DNA of 32,000 nt from Vibrio vulnificus CMCP6 (GCF_000039765.1 NC_004460.2:1560001-1592000), one strand, 5' to 3'. Shown: positions 8,525 to 17,418, counted from the stretch's first letter. Notes: generated by a model not told the origin, from the sequence alone. Numbers and translations: made by a program.

Positions 8525-9127
8525 ATGATCAAAAAATTTGTTTTCATGCTCTCAGCGCTTTTGCTGAGTGTATCGGCTTATGCAGCGAAATTTGAGCAAG
8601 GCACTCATTACACCGTATTACCTACCGCCAAATCGCAGAAACCTGTCGTGACAGAATATTTCTCTTTCTACTGCCCACACTGTTATCGTTTTGAGGGGGT
8701 GGTGGAAAGCATGAAGAAATCTCTGCCTGAAGAGGCAAGATTTGAGAAAGTGCATGTTTCCTTTATGGGGGGCGAGATGGGGGTTCCTGTCGCCAAAGCG
8801 TACGCCACAATGGTGTCGCTGGATGCAGAAAAAACCATGGTTCCGGCGATGTTCACGCAAATCCACGAAAAACGCAAAGCACCACAAACGGAAGCTGAGT
8901 TGCGTCAACTCTTCATCGATAATGGTGTTGATGCCAAGAAATACGATGCGGCTTACAACAGCTTTGCTGTTAACTCGATGCAAAAGCGTTTTGATAAGCA
9001 GTTTAAGGAAAGCACCTTAACGGGTGTTCCCGGTGTGATCGTAAATAACAAGTACATTGTGAAAGCAGACAAAATCACGACAATTCAAGAATACAATGAA
9101 TTGGTGAATTATCTGCTGACACTGTAA
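8525..9127 (+). CDS. dsbA: Periplasmic thiol:disulfide oxidoreductase DsbA
   Basis: 200 aa. Signal peptide ending SAYA. Active site FSFYCPHCYRFE. Colinear with V. cholerae DsbA/TcpG as I remember it, including C-terminal LVNYLLTL. Confidence 0.9.
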   Translation: MIKKFVFMLSALLLSVSAYAAKFEQGTHYTVLPTAKSQKPVVTEYFSFYCPHCYRFEGVVESMKKSLPEEARFEKVHVSFMGGEMGVPVAKAYATMVSLDAEKTMVPAMFTQIHEKRKAPQTEAELRQLFIDNGVDAKKYDAAYNSFAVNSMQKRFDKQFKESTLTGVPGVIVNNKYIVKADKITTIQEYNELVNYLLTL

Positions 9128-9146
9128 AGCAGAAAGAACAAAGTAC

Positions 9147-9172
9147 AAGGCGACCACGGGTCGCCTTTTTTG
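9147..9172 (+). terminator. Rho-independent terminator after dsbA
   Basis: GGCGACC-acg-GGTCGCC followed by TTTTTT. Confidence 0.75.
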
Positions 9173-9253
9173 GCGATGGCAATTTTTAAATGAGCAACTA
9201 TATTCATATCTGTTTTGGCTAGGTCTGAGGAAGACCATAACAATAAGATAGGT

Positions 9254-11158
9254 ATGAATATGAAAAATAAACACAACGTTAAAATTGGCTATGGACCAGA
9301 TCTACTCCCTTGGGACGAGCTGGTCCCTGATTTTGCACGAGGGCTGATTTCACCACCGGAAGCCGACCCGACAGAAGTTTACCGCAGAGCAAATCAATCC
9401 TTTAATTTTGAAGTGAATGAGATTCGCCAAGCAGACTTTGAGATCCCACCAAACGGCCAAACTGATGATCAACAAAACACCGCCTTTGCCGAAGTGCATC
9501 ACTATGTAAATCGACAAAAAGAACGATTCTTAGGCTATCAAACCGAAGAGAATATCAACTATCGAGAGCGGATTGCCCCGTTTTTAGATGTGAGCATGAA
9601 CAACGTGGGTGACCCGTTTGTTGATGGCAACTACACCATCAATACTAAATTTGTCGAACGAATGGTACTCGATTATTTCGCTTCACTGTGGAATGCCAAA
9701 TGGCCTTCTCAAGGCCCGTATTTAAAAGACGATGGCCGTTGGGAGCGAGGTGACCCTGAAAGTTATTGGGGCTACGTGCTGACGATGGGCAGCACAGAGG
9801 GCAACTTGTATGCGATGCTCAATGCGCGTGACTATCTCTCTGGCCAAACGTTACTGGATGATGAAATTTGTGGCGAAGATGCACACGGGCGCACGATCAC
9901 GACAAGTCAACTTTATGCCCACTATCCGCAAGCGCCACAAGAAAATCCCAATGCTTATACGCCAGTGGCATTTTTCTCTGAGGACACCCACTATTCGATT
10001 GTCAAAGCGATGTCGGTCGAGAAAATTGAGACCTTTGGTGCCTTGGGCAACCGACTTTATCCTAACGACAACCCGCTTGGAAAAGGCGAAGTGTGGCCTG
10101 CGGAAGTGCCTTCTGAAGCGCCAGCAGAAGGTTTGCCTGTTGGCTCAGGCGCGATCGATGTCGATAAGTTGGTGAAGTACGTTGAGTTCTTTGCCGAGAA
10201 AGGTTACCCAATTATTGTGGTGCTCAACTACGGTACGACCTTCAAAGGTGCGTACGACAATATCGATCAAGCGACCTTGGCGTTGGAGACAGTGCTGAAA
10301 AAACATGGGCTCTATGAGCGCCAAGTTCCGGTCGATCCAAACGATCCTTCAAAAACTGAGACGCGCACGGGCTATTGGATTCACGTGGACGGTGCGCTCG
10401 GCGCAAGTTACATGCCGTTTGTCAAAATGGCCGCGAATTTGCGCGAGTATGAAGGCTTCTTTGAAGAGAACCATTGTTACACCGGGCCAGATTTCGACTT
10501 CCGCAACCCTATGGTGCATTCCATTGTCACCAGTGGCCATAAGTGGCCAGGTGCACCTTGGCCGACTGGGGTATACATGACCAAGCACCAGTTTATGGTT
10601 TCTCCACCGGATAACCCGACTTACATTGGCTCGCCTGACACCACGTTTGCTGGCTCACGCAGTGGCATTTCCCCTTTGATTCTTTGGGACTATTTCGCCA
10701 AGCACAGTTACGAAAAGCAGATTGAGTTGGCGATGAAAGGGCAGAAGATGGCGCAATATGCTTATGAAAAGTTGCAAGAAGTGGCGAACTATTGGGAAGA
10801 CAAAGGAGCTGATATTGGTGTTCCCAAAGGGTTATGGTTGCAACGAACGCCGCTCTCTTTATCGCTTATTTTCTGTCAGCCAAAGGATGACATCATTTTC
10901 AAATACTCGTTAGCCAAAGAAGAGATTGACGAGCCAAATCCAGAAACAGGCCGTAAGACACGAAAATACGTCCATATGTTTACCATGTGGGACGTGACTG
11001 AGAAACTGATTGATGAGTTGTGCGACGATCTCAAAGCGGATGATGCGTTTAATGTGGCGGACTTTAAACCGTTAACCAATGTTCGTCGTACTCGCGACTT
11101 ACCACATTCGAGTGCCCATTTGGTCAAGTTACCACTGAAAGGACGTTCGTTTAGATAA
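9254..11158 (+). CDS. Group II PLP-dependent decarboxylase, histidine-decarboxylase-like but expanded (about 634 aa); substrate unknown
   Basis: HDC-family blocks appear in order: MNNVGDPF, SYWGYVLTMGSTEGNLYA, FFSEDTHYSIVKA, IHVDGALG, the PLP-lysine motif SGHKWPGAPWPTG, and FAGSRSG. The track ORF starts at TTG 9215. ATG 9254 or 9260 is more likely. Confidence 0.85.
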   Translation: MNMKNKHNVKIGYGPDLLPWDELVPDFARGLISPPEADPTEVYRRANQSFNFEVNEIRQADFEIPPNGQTDDQQNTAFAEVHHYVNRQKERFLGYQTEENINYRERIAPFLDVSMNNVGDPFVDGNYTINTKFVERMVLDYFASLWNAKWPSQGPYLKDDGRWERGDPESYWGYVLTMGSTEGNLYAMLNARDYLSGQTLLDDEICGEDAHGRTITTSQLYAHYPQAPQENPNAYTPVAFFSEDTHYSIVKAMSVEKIETFGALGNRLYPNDNPLGKGEVWPAEVPSEAPAEGLPVGSGAIDVDKLVKYVEFFAEKGYPIIVVLNYGTTFKGAYDNIDQATLALETVLKKHGLYERQVPVDPNDPSKTETRTGYWIHVDGALGASYMPFVKMAANLREYEGFFEENHCYTGPDFDFRNPMVHSIVTSGHKWPGAPWPTGVYMTKHQFMVSPPDNPTYIGSPDTTFAGSRSGISPLILWDYFAKHSYEKQIELAMKGQKMAQYAYEKLQEVANYWEDKGADIGVPKGLWLQRTPLSLSLIFCQPKDDIIFKYSLAKEEIDEPNPETGRKTRKYVHMFTMWDVTEKLIDELCDDLKADDAFNVADFKPLTNVRRTRDLPHSSAHLVKLPLKGRSFR

Positions 11159-11178
11159 ATAGAGAATAAGAGACCAAT

Positions 11179-11200
11179 AAGGCCAGCAATGCTGGCCTTA
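11179..11200. terminator. Shared hairpin between the convergent decarboxylase and ribB genes
   Basis: The palindrome GGCCAGCA-a-TGCTGGCC is flanked by A/T on both sides. Confidence 0.5.
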
Positions 11201-11226
11201 ATTCATACAGTATCTTTGAAGGTATT

Positions 11227-11883
11227 TTACGCCAATTTGAGATCGTACTGATTGCGGTACATCACCATGTCTTCAATGGTGAGCACTGGCATATTGTGTT
11301 GCTTGCCGAAGGCAATGATCTCGGGCGTTTTGGCCATGGTCCCATCAGGATTGGTCAACTCACACAAAACACCCGCTGGCTGTAATCCGGCCATTTGCAT
11401 CAGATCAACCGTGCCTTCGGTATGACCGCGACGAGCCAACACACCCCCTGGACGAGCACGTAACGGGAAGACATGACCCGGGCGCGCTAAGTCGTCTGCT
11501 TTTGCTGACGGGTTTGCAGCAGTTTTGATAGTGGTTACTCGGTCTTGCGCAGAAACACCTGTGGTGACACCTTGTTTTGCTTCAATGGAGACGGTAAATG
11601 CGGTTTGGTTGGCGCTGTTGTTGTTAACGACCATGGGTGGCAGTTCCAACTTGTTGGCGTGCTCGTCGGTGAGGCACAAACACACAATGCCGCTGCATTC
11701 GCGAATCATCAACGCCATTTGTGCGTTGGTAAGATGCTCGACGGAATAGATAATGTCGCCTTCGTTTTCACGATCTTCATCATCGAGCAGTAGTACGCCA
11801 CGGCCCTCTTTGAGCGCAAGCAAAGCGTTTTCAACGCGAGTAATCGGATCGCCAAATTCGGCAAGTAGAGATGACTGATTCAT
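11227..11883 (-). CDS. ribB: 3,4-dihydroxy-2-butanone-4-phosphate synthase
   Basis: 218 aa. Diagnostic RibB motifs ([15 protein letters not shown]). Directly downstream of an FMN riboswitch. Confidence 0.95.
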   Translation of the reverse strand: MNQSSLLAEFGDPITRVENALLALKEGRGVLLLDDEDRENEGDIIYSVEHLTNAQMALMIRECSGIVCLCLTDEHANKLELPPMVVNNNSANQTAFTVSIEAKQGVTTGVSAQDRVTTIKTAANPSAKADDLARPGHVFPLRARPGGVLARRGHTEGTVDLMQMAGLQPAGVLCELTNPDGTMAKTPEIIAFGKQHNMPVLTIEDMVMYRNQYDLKLA

Positions 11884-11940
11884 GGTTAACTCCTAATAAT
11901 CACCAGAATCAGGGCAGCATGAGGCTGGAAGTGTTTCTTC

Positions 11941-12118
11941 CAAAACGAAATGCACCAGAGCCAGAGGGCACTGGTGAAGTTTCATTCTCTCTCATCCGGA
12001 CTATAACCGTCGGCTCTGGCCTCTCACCAGATCTGCTGACCTCGACGAATCGAGCGCTCGCGGGCTCACCTCATTCGGTATACCGCCGGTGGGGAATTTC
12101 GCCCCGCCCTGAGAATAA
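11941..12118 (-). promoter_or_regulatory. FMN riboswitch (RFN element) with terminator-type expression platform
   Basis: The minus strand reads ATTCTCAGGGCGGGGCGAAATTCCCCACCGGCGGTA...AGCCCGCGAGCG...GTCAGCAGATCTGGTGAGAGGCCAGAGCCGACGGTTATAGTCCGGATGAGAGAGAAT. This matches the RFN consensus, including P1 closure. It is followed by CACCAG...CTGGTG and a T-rich run. Confidence 0.9.
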
Positions 12119-12317
12119 AAAATAATTTAGCCAAACGTCTGTCTCACACAGCACGTCAGCCGAAGTATGTTACTGCGGAAAAAGCATCAGGAAAAGTCAC
12201 GTGTGTCTGTTTGTTTGATTTATGCACAGCTCTTATTGGCCTTTGGTCGTGATGTAGGCAACTGAAAAGCAAGCTATAGTGAAAGCAAACAGACGGGTTG
12301 GATTGATAGAGGTCAGC

Positions 12318-12857
12318 ATGCTAGAGAAAGAAAAAACGGGGCTAATTGTAGTGGATGTGCAAGGGAAGTTGGCGCAGATGGTGGATCAAAGTGAACAGAT
12401 GATCAATAACATCACTAAGTTGATTGAAGGGGCAAAGCAGTTAGCGCTGCCCATCATTTGGTTGGAGCAAATCCCTGAAAACTTAGGTGCTACGGTTGCG
12501 CCTATTGCCAATGCGTTGCAGGAACATAAACCATTGCATAAGTCTACCTTCTCTGGATGTGGCACGAAGGCTATTAGTGATGCGATCCAAGCAAGTAACG
12601 TTCAGCAGTGGCTGCTATGCGGCATTGAAGCGCACATTTGTGTTTATCAAACGGCTGTCGATTTGAAACACATGGGCTACCAAGTGGAGGTGGTGACAGA
12701 TTGTGTCTCATCCCGAGATCCGCAAAACAAAGCCTTAGCATTGAGAAAATTTGAAGCCAATGGCATCGGTTTGTCGGGTTTGGAAATGGCGCTTTTTGAA
12801 TTAATGCGTGATGGCAGGTGTCCAGAATTTAAGCAGCTACTGCCGCTTTTTAAGTAA
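12318..12857 (+). CDS. Isochorismatase-family cysteine hydrolase
   Basis: D-K-C triad context (LIVVDVQ, HKSTFS, IEAHICV). I trimmed the track ORF to ATG 12318, which is preceded by AGAGG. Confidence 0.8.
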   Translation: MLEKEKTGLIVVDVQGKLAQMVDQSEQMINNITKLIEGAKQLALPIIWLEQIPENLGATVAPIANALQEHKPLHKSTFSGCGTKAISDAIQASNVQQWLLCGIEAHICVYQTAVDLKHMGYQVEVVTDCVSSRDPQNKALALRKFEANGIGLSGLEMALFELMRDGRCPEFKQLLPLFK

Positions 12858-12953
12858 CATTCTCTATGAGTTGTACCACTCATCAAGACTGTACAAACTC
12901 GATATTTTCTGGTGACATAATGGCCTTTCTCTTCTGTTTAGAGTCGTAATTAA

Positions 12954-13757
12954 ATGTCGTTGTCAGAAATCAAATTCATTGCTGCCGATATGGATGGCAC
13001 CCTACTGGATCCATCAGGAAAATTGGCACCAGAGTTTTTCCACATCTATCAAACGTTAGAAGATAAAGGAATTATCTTTGCGGCTGCCTCTGGTCGGCAG
13101 TATTACAGCCTGCGTGAGACGTTTGCACCAATCAACGATCGCATGATGTTTATTGCGGAAAACGGCACATTAGTCATGCACCAAGGAAAAGAGCTCTACA
13201 GCTGTGGTTTAGCTAGCGCTGATATAAAAGACATTATTCAGTTGGCTCGCACCATTGATGGTGCCCACATTGTGCTATGTGGTAAAGAATCGGCTTATGT
13301 CGAAACAAAGCATCCTGAGGCGATTGAAGAAATCAGTAAGTATTACCATCGCTGCCAATATGTCCCCGATCTGCTGGATGTTGATGAGGCTTTCATCAAA
13401 GTGGCGATTTGTCATTTTGAAGGTTCACAAGAAAAATTACACGCATCATTCAGCGAACGTTTTGATGCGACCCATCAGGTGGTGGTGAGTGCCAAGATTT
13501 GGTTGGATGTGATGAACGCAGAAGCGTCAAAAGGCGCGGCGATTAGACATTTACAGCAAACGTTGGGTTTTACACGCCAACAAACCATGAGCTTTGGTGA
13601 TTATTTCAATGACGTAGAAATGCTTAAACAAAGCTACCATTCCTATGCGATGGCCAACGCCCATCCTGAAGTGAAAGCACTCGCTCGTTTTATCGCACCA
13701 AGCAATGAAGAGTCTGGTGTTTTGCAGGTTATCCAGCAGCAGGTGTTGTCTGATTAA
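12954..13757 (+). CDS. Cof-type HAD-IIB family phosphatase
   Basis: 267 aa. HAD motif I (ADMDGTLLD), motif II (ASGR), a cap of type C2B, and motif IV (FGDYFND). Confidence 0.85.
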   Translation: MSLSEIKFIAADMDGTLLDPSGKLAPEFFHIYQTLEDKGIIFAAASGRQYYSLRETFAPINDRMMFIAENGTLVMHQGKELYSCGLASADIKDIIQLARTIDGAHIVLCGKESAYVETKHPEAIEEISKYYHRCQYVPDLLDVDEAFIKVAICHFEGSQEKLHASFSERFDATHQVVVSAKIWLDVMNAEASKGAAIRHLQQTLGFTRQQTMSFGDYFNDVEMLKQSYHSYAMANAHPEVKALARFIAPSNEESGVLQVIQQQVLSD

Positions 13758-13908
13758 ATACCCAATCAAATGACTCGATATGCGCAATTTTTACGTTTTT
13801 TGCACGACAAGTTAACCGGGATCAATATTCCAACCGATTTGGCCTCCACTGCGTAGAAACTCTCCTAAACTGATGTTGGGATGGTAACCGCACAGTTTGG
13901 AGGGCGTC

Positions 13909-14199
13909 ATGATCACGGTACATAGGGATTATCGAGTGAGTATTAAACCAGAGCGCTATGCACATGTAGAAATCAACCCAGTAGGAAAGCTTGATGTTGA
14001 AATAAAAGGTCAGCGTCAACACTATGTGGCTGATTTTGAACAGTTGGCTTTCTCTAGCGATGAACAAGGGGTGGCATTAGTTTGTCAAAAGGCACACTCT
14101 CCTTGGAAAGTGATGCTTGCGACCGCAGACGCGCAAGAGCTAAAAAGTTTGGTTAAAGAAGCACAAGAAGAGTACGAAATCTTAATGCGCGATCTCTAA
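13909..14199 (+). CDS. Hypothetical small cytoplasmic protein (96 aa)
   Basis: ATG at 13909 is preceded by GGAGGG. It is followed by a strong terminator. No recognisable motifs. Confidence 0.5.
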   Translation: MITVHRDYRVSIKPERYAHVEINPVGKLDVEIKGQRQHYVADFEQLAFSSDEQGVALVCQKAHSPWKVMLATADAQELKSLVKEAQEEYEILMRDL

Positions 14200-14249
14200 T
14201 TTTTATGGTTGCGCCTGCTCATACCTGACTTAAAACGTTTTGACTGAAC

Positions 14250-14286
14250 AAAATCCTTCGTATTGCGCGAAGGATTTTTGCTTTTT
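14250..14286 (+). terminator. Rho-independent terminator
   Basis: AAATCCTTCG-tattgcg-CGAAGGATTT followed by TTGCTTTTT. Confidence 0.75.
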
Positions 14287-14583
14287 GGCTATCCTCAATG
14301 GTGTGAGGCTTGCTGATATCGAACCGCGTGAAAATAAAATAAAAGAAGTCGTCTTTTATTTGTGCTATTGATAAACACTCAAATTGTGGTCTTTTTGATC
14401 ATTGCAAGTGTCATAAAATGGTACTTTTTGATTGATTGTTGCGCTTTTTGAGCCTTGTTGATAATAATAATAGCGGATTCATGAGAGGAGAATGTCGCTA
14501 AAGTCGGACCACTTTATCGATCAATTTTCTTGAGCAGGTTTTATGAAAGCGTTAGGATTTGCCGCTTTTAGTAGGAGATGACA

Positions 14584-15027
14584 ATGCCAAGAGTCAGCCA
14601 AGCTGTGGCCAAAAAAACACACCAAAATATTATAGATGCATCGTTTAAAATACTCCTGCTAGAAGGCTATGAACACTTAACCTATACGCATATTGCTGAG
14701 AAAACAGGGGTGAGTCGTTCTTGTGTGAATGGCCATTTCAAGAAAAAAGAAGAATTATTGGATGAGCTCAAACCGAAAGCGGTCGAACACATCATCCAAG
14801 CCCTTGAATTTTCATCCCCTGAAGCGTTTTATCTCTCTTGGGTTAACGCTGTAAATGAAAATCGAATGTTTCGAAACCTCATCCAAAATGGGGGAAAAAT
14901 CATTTGTAGGGCGGAAGGGCAAATGTCTCTCACCAATCGAATCTCTGGGGACTCTAAAAAAGCGGAAAAAGCGCTTTATATGGCGATCGGTTATGCAGTC
15001 GTCCATATTAGCTGCCCTATATGCTGA
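14584..15027 (+). CDS. Small TetR/AcrR-family transcriptional regulator (about 147 aa; LuxT/SwrT-like size class, identity unverified)
   Basis: N-terminal TetR HTH (IIDASFKILLLEGYEHLTYTHIAEKTGVSRSCVNGHFKKKEELL). The second ATG (14584) has better spacing to TAGGAG than the first (14578). Confidence 0.8.
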   Translation: MPRVSQAVAKKTHQNIIDASFKILLLEGYEHLTYTHIAEKTGVSRSCVNGHFKKKEELLDELKPKAVEHIIQALEFSSPEAFYLSWVNAVNENRMFRNLIQNGGKIICRAEGQMSLTNRISGDSKKAEKALYMAIGYAVVHISCPIC

Positions 15028-15235
15028 GCTAATTAAAAAGGTTTTTGGTGGGTTAAAAAACAACCAAAGGTAAACCAGCAATGTCACAAAAAAGTCAGTA
15101 AATAACGGATGATGGGTTTTATTTCTTTCCTTTCCGTATTGTCTCGCTATAATGTGCTCGTCTAAGTGAGTTGGTCCTCACAGACAACACTTTCTATGCT
15201 TTGGTTGTAAAACTAGCTTACCTTAAATAGCTTTT

Positions 15236-15277
15236 GGTCGCTTGGTTGTCCTACTTTTACCAAACGACCTTCTTTTT
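15236..15277 (+). terminator. Orphan plus-strand Rho-independent terminator in the convergent intergenic region
   Basis: GGTCGCTTGGT-N12-ACCAAACGACC (one mismatch) followed by TTCTTTTT. It lies 210 nt past the TetR stop. Confidence 0.5.
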
Positions 15278-15362
15278 ACGTTCATTTTGAACACCATTCA
15301 GTTTCTTCATAATTATTCACCCCCCTCTATACCTTGGCAGATAAATGTGAAACACGGCTACT

Positions 15363-16112
15363 TTAAACCGTGCTTTCCGGAATGCGTAAAAACTTCCTTA
15401 CTGGTGTAGGTATCGGTAGAAAATTTGGCAATAGCACGGTGATCATGACAATGAATGCAAGTGAGCCAAATAGATCCTCTGGTCGGTGCATACCAATCCA
15501 CAAGCGGCTATAAGCGACCAAGCTTGCCCAAGCAAGGGTTATGACAAACGCCACATAGCGCTTTTGCATCAGGAAGAGACCACCAAAGAAAGCCACACAT
15601 AAACTAGCAAATATGGTATGGCCTGAGGGGAAGGAGTAGTCGGTTTCACCTTCCCAATGTTGCAAACGCCATGGGCTGATCGTTTCTTCGAGTGTTTTGA
15701 CTCGTGCGACTTGTTGATCCGCGTCGAGATTGTAGAACGCTTGTGGGGTATCAACTAAATGTTCTGACGCCATCAGTTCGGTGTAGGGACGGGGTGACTC
15801 TGTGAATTGCTTTAATCCCGTTTTTCCCGCGAAACTTAAAACCAGCATAAGTGCTAGTACCGCTAATCGACCTACAACAAAATATCGTCCAGAGTGTTTA
15901 CGTAAAACCAGCAAGCTTAAAGCGACCAGGGTAATAGCAAAACCTTTACTGCCAGCTGAATCGGTCACTAGGGTAAAAGTGAGACCAAGAAAGTCTGGAA
16001 CAGGAGACGTCAAATCAATGCCTGAGGCAAACCAAGTAACCAAAGTAAGCAAAGCTGCGAAACACGAAAGAGCGATTAGTGAGTAACGTTTTGGTGTGAA
16101 TACTGTTTTCAT
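15363..16112 (-). CDS. pgpB: PAP2-family membrane phosphatase, PgpB-like (phosphatidylglycerophosphatase B / undecaprenyl-PP phosphatase type)
   Basis: Acid-phosphatase motifs KxxxxxxRP (KQFTESPRPY), PSGH (FPSGHTIF) and SRxxxxxHxxxD (YSRLWIGMHRPEDL). Topology is colinear with E. coli PgpB. The track ORF starts at TTG 16172. ATG 16112 is preferred. Confidence 0.75.
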   Translation of the reverse strand: MKTVFTPKRYSLIALSCFAALLTLVTWFASGIDLTSPVPDFLGLTFTLVTDSAGSKGFAITLVALSLLVLRKHSGRYFVVGRLAVLALMLVLSFAGKTGLKQFTESPRPYTELMASEHLVDTPQAFYNLDADQQVARVKTLEETISPWRLQHWEGETDYSFPSGHTIFASLCVAFFGGLFLMQKRYVAFVITLAWASLVAYSRLWIGMHRPEDLFGSLAFIVMITVLLPNFLPIPTPVRKFLRIPESTV

Positions 16113-16274
16113 CGAGAAAGCTTGTGAAGAAAAACCGCCATTATAGGTGAGTGTGCCAGATGGAAGTATCAAGCATCTGTCAATTATTTCGAGATTGGTT
16201 CTAAGCTCGGTAGCGAGTGTAGGCCTTGGGAAAACACTTACTCCCGAGCAAACGATGACGATGGAGGTCCTTCT

Positions 16275-17114
16275 CTAGCGGACGTGCATGTGTCCTGCAA
16301 AGAAGTGATTGACGGGGCCATGACCTTGACCAACGGATAGCTCATCGGCATGAGCGATTGCCTGTGATATGTATTGTTTAGCTAAGAAGACAGCCTTGTG
16401 CAAGCGATGACCTTGAGCCAAGTAGGACGCAATGGCGGAAGATAATGTGCAGCCAGTACCATGAGTGTTACGTGTGGAGTGGCGTTTGCTACGGATGAAT
16501 TCGCAAAACTGTGGTGTGATTAAAAGATCACTACTGTGGGACTCATTCTGCAAATGCCCGCCTTTTAATAAGATGGCAGGGCAGTTCAGCGCTTTCAAAC
16601 TTTCGACGCTCGAGATCATCTCATTTTCAGTGTTCGGGATGGGCATTCCGGTGAGCGCCACATATTCTGGGATATTTGGCGTCACGATATCAGCAAGTGG
16701 AATCAAGTGCTCCTTCAGTGCTGCAATCGCATCTGGTTGTAATAAAGCGTGGCCGCTGGTGGAAATCATAACGGGATCGAGCACCACTTTCTCAGGCGCG
16801 TATTGGCGAATCTTTTCGGCGACTAATCGAATAATATGACGGTCTGCAAGCATACCAATTTTAACCGCTTGAATATTGAGATCGCTGAAAACAGCATCAA
16901 GCTGCGCGGCAACACACTCGGTAGGGATCGGAAATACGGCATTCACGCCCATCGTGTTTTGCGCGGTGATGGCTGTGATCACTGAGCTTGCGTAACTGCC
17001 CGTCGCTGAAATGGTTTTTATATCGGCTTGTATACCAGCCCCCCCCCCACTGTCAGAACCAGCAATGGTGAGAACGCATGGAATAAGAGATTGAGTAGTT
17101 GAAGTAAGTAGCAT
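16275..17114 (-). CDS. thiD: Hydroxymethylpyrimidine/phosphomethylpyrimidine kinase
   Basis: 279 aa. ThiD motifs [34 protein letters not shown]. Preceded by a TPP riboswitch. Confidence 0.95.
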   Translation of the reverse strand: MLLTSTTQSLIPCVLTIAGSDSGGGAGIQADIKTISATGSYASSVITAITAQNTMGVNAVFPIPTECVAAQLDAVFSDLNIQAVKIGMLADRHIIRLVAEKIRQYAPEKVVLDPVMISTSGHALLQPDAIAALKEHLIPLADIVTPNIPEYVALTGMPIPNTENEMISSVESLKALNCPAILLKGGHLQNESHSSDLLITPQFCEFIRSKRHSTRNTHGTGCTLSSAIASYLAQGHRLHKAVFLAKQYISQAIAHADELSVGQGHGPVNHFFAGHMHVR

Positions 17115-17215
17115 CTTGTATCCTAGAACAAGACGTACAGGAACTGTCTATACCAACAATATTATCAACTATATTGGTATACCAACGCATAAAGCAGAAA
17201 GTTATATGCGCGTAA

Positions 17216-17297
17216 TAGTTCCCTACGTCAGTATTAACTGAATCAGGTTCAACGGGTCTCGCGTGGCGATCTCAGCCGATAAGGCTCCCCGACTATG
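17216..17297 (-). promoter_or_regulatory. TPP (THI-box) riboswitch
   Basis: The minus strand reads GTCGGGGAGCCTTATCGGCTGAGATCGCCACGCGAGACCCGTTGAACCTGATTCAGTTAATACTGACGTAGGGAAC. The conserved CTGAGA, ACCC.TTGAACCTGAT and CGTAGGGA blocks are all present. Confidence 0.9.
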
Positions 17298-17418
17298 TTG
17301 GCAAAAATGATATCAGTAATTGGACTCGACGCAAGAAAGTATTCAAGGGCACAAAGACACTTTGAGTGTTGTCAACGTGTTGATTGGGATAGACAGCGTC
17401 AATGATGAATCTTGAGCA

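Noticed and set aside
9215-9253. The TTG start given by the ORF track for the decarboxylase.
   Set aside because: The in-frame ATGs at 9254 and 9260 are closer to a purine-rich stretch, and the N-terminus MNMKNKH... is more plausible. The extension adds only 13 residues.
11871-12125. An 84-aa plus-strand ORF upstream of ribB.
   Set aside because: It is antisense to the FMN riboswitch and its expression platform. The riboswitch consensus explains the sequence conservation.
13822-14067. An 81-aa minus-strand ORF overlapping the 13909..14199 gene.
   Set aside because: The plus-strand gene has a GGAGGG SD and a strong downstream terminator. The minus-strand ORF has neither.
15363-16112. The PAP2 phosphatase as part of the eptA module, by analogy with mcr-1/pap2.
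   Set aside because: It is 12 kb from eptA, separated by many unrelated genes and transcription units. Its motifs fit housekeeping PgpB equally well.
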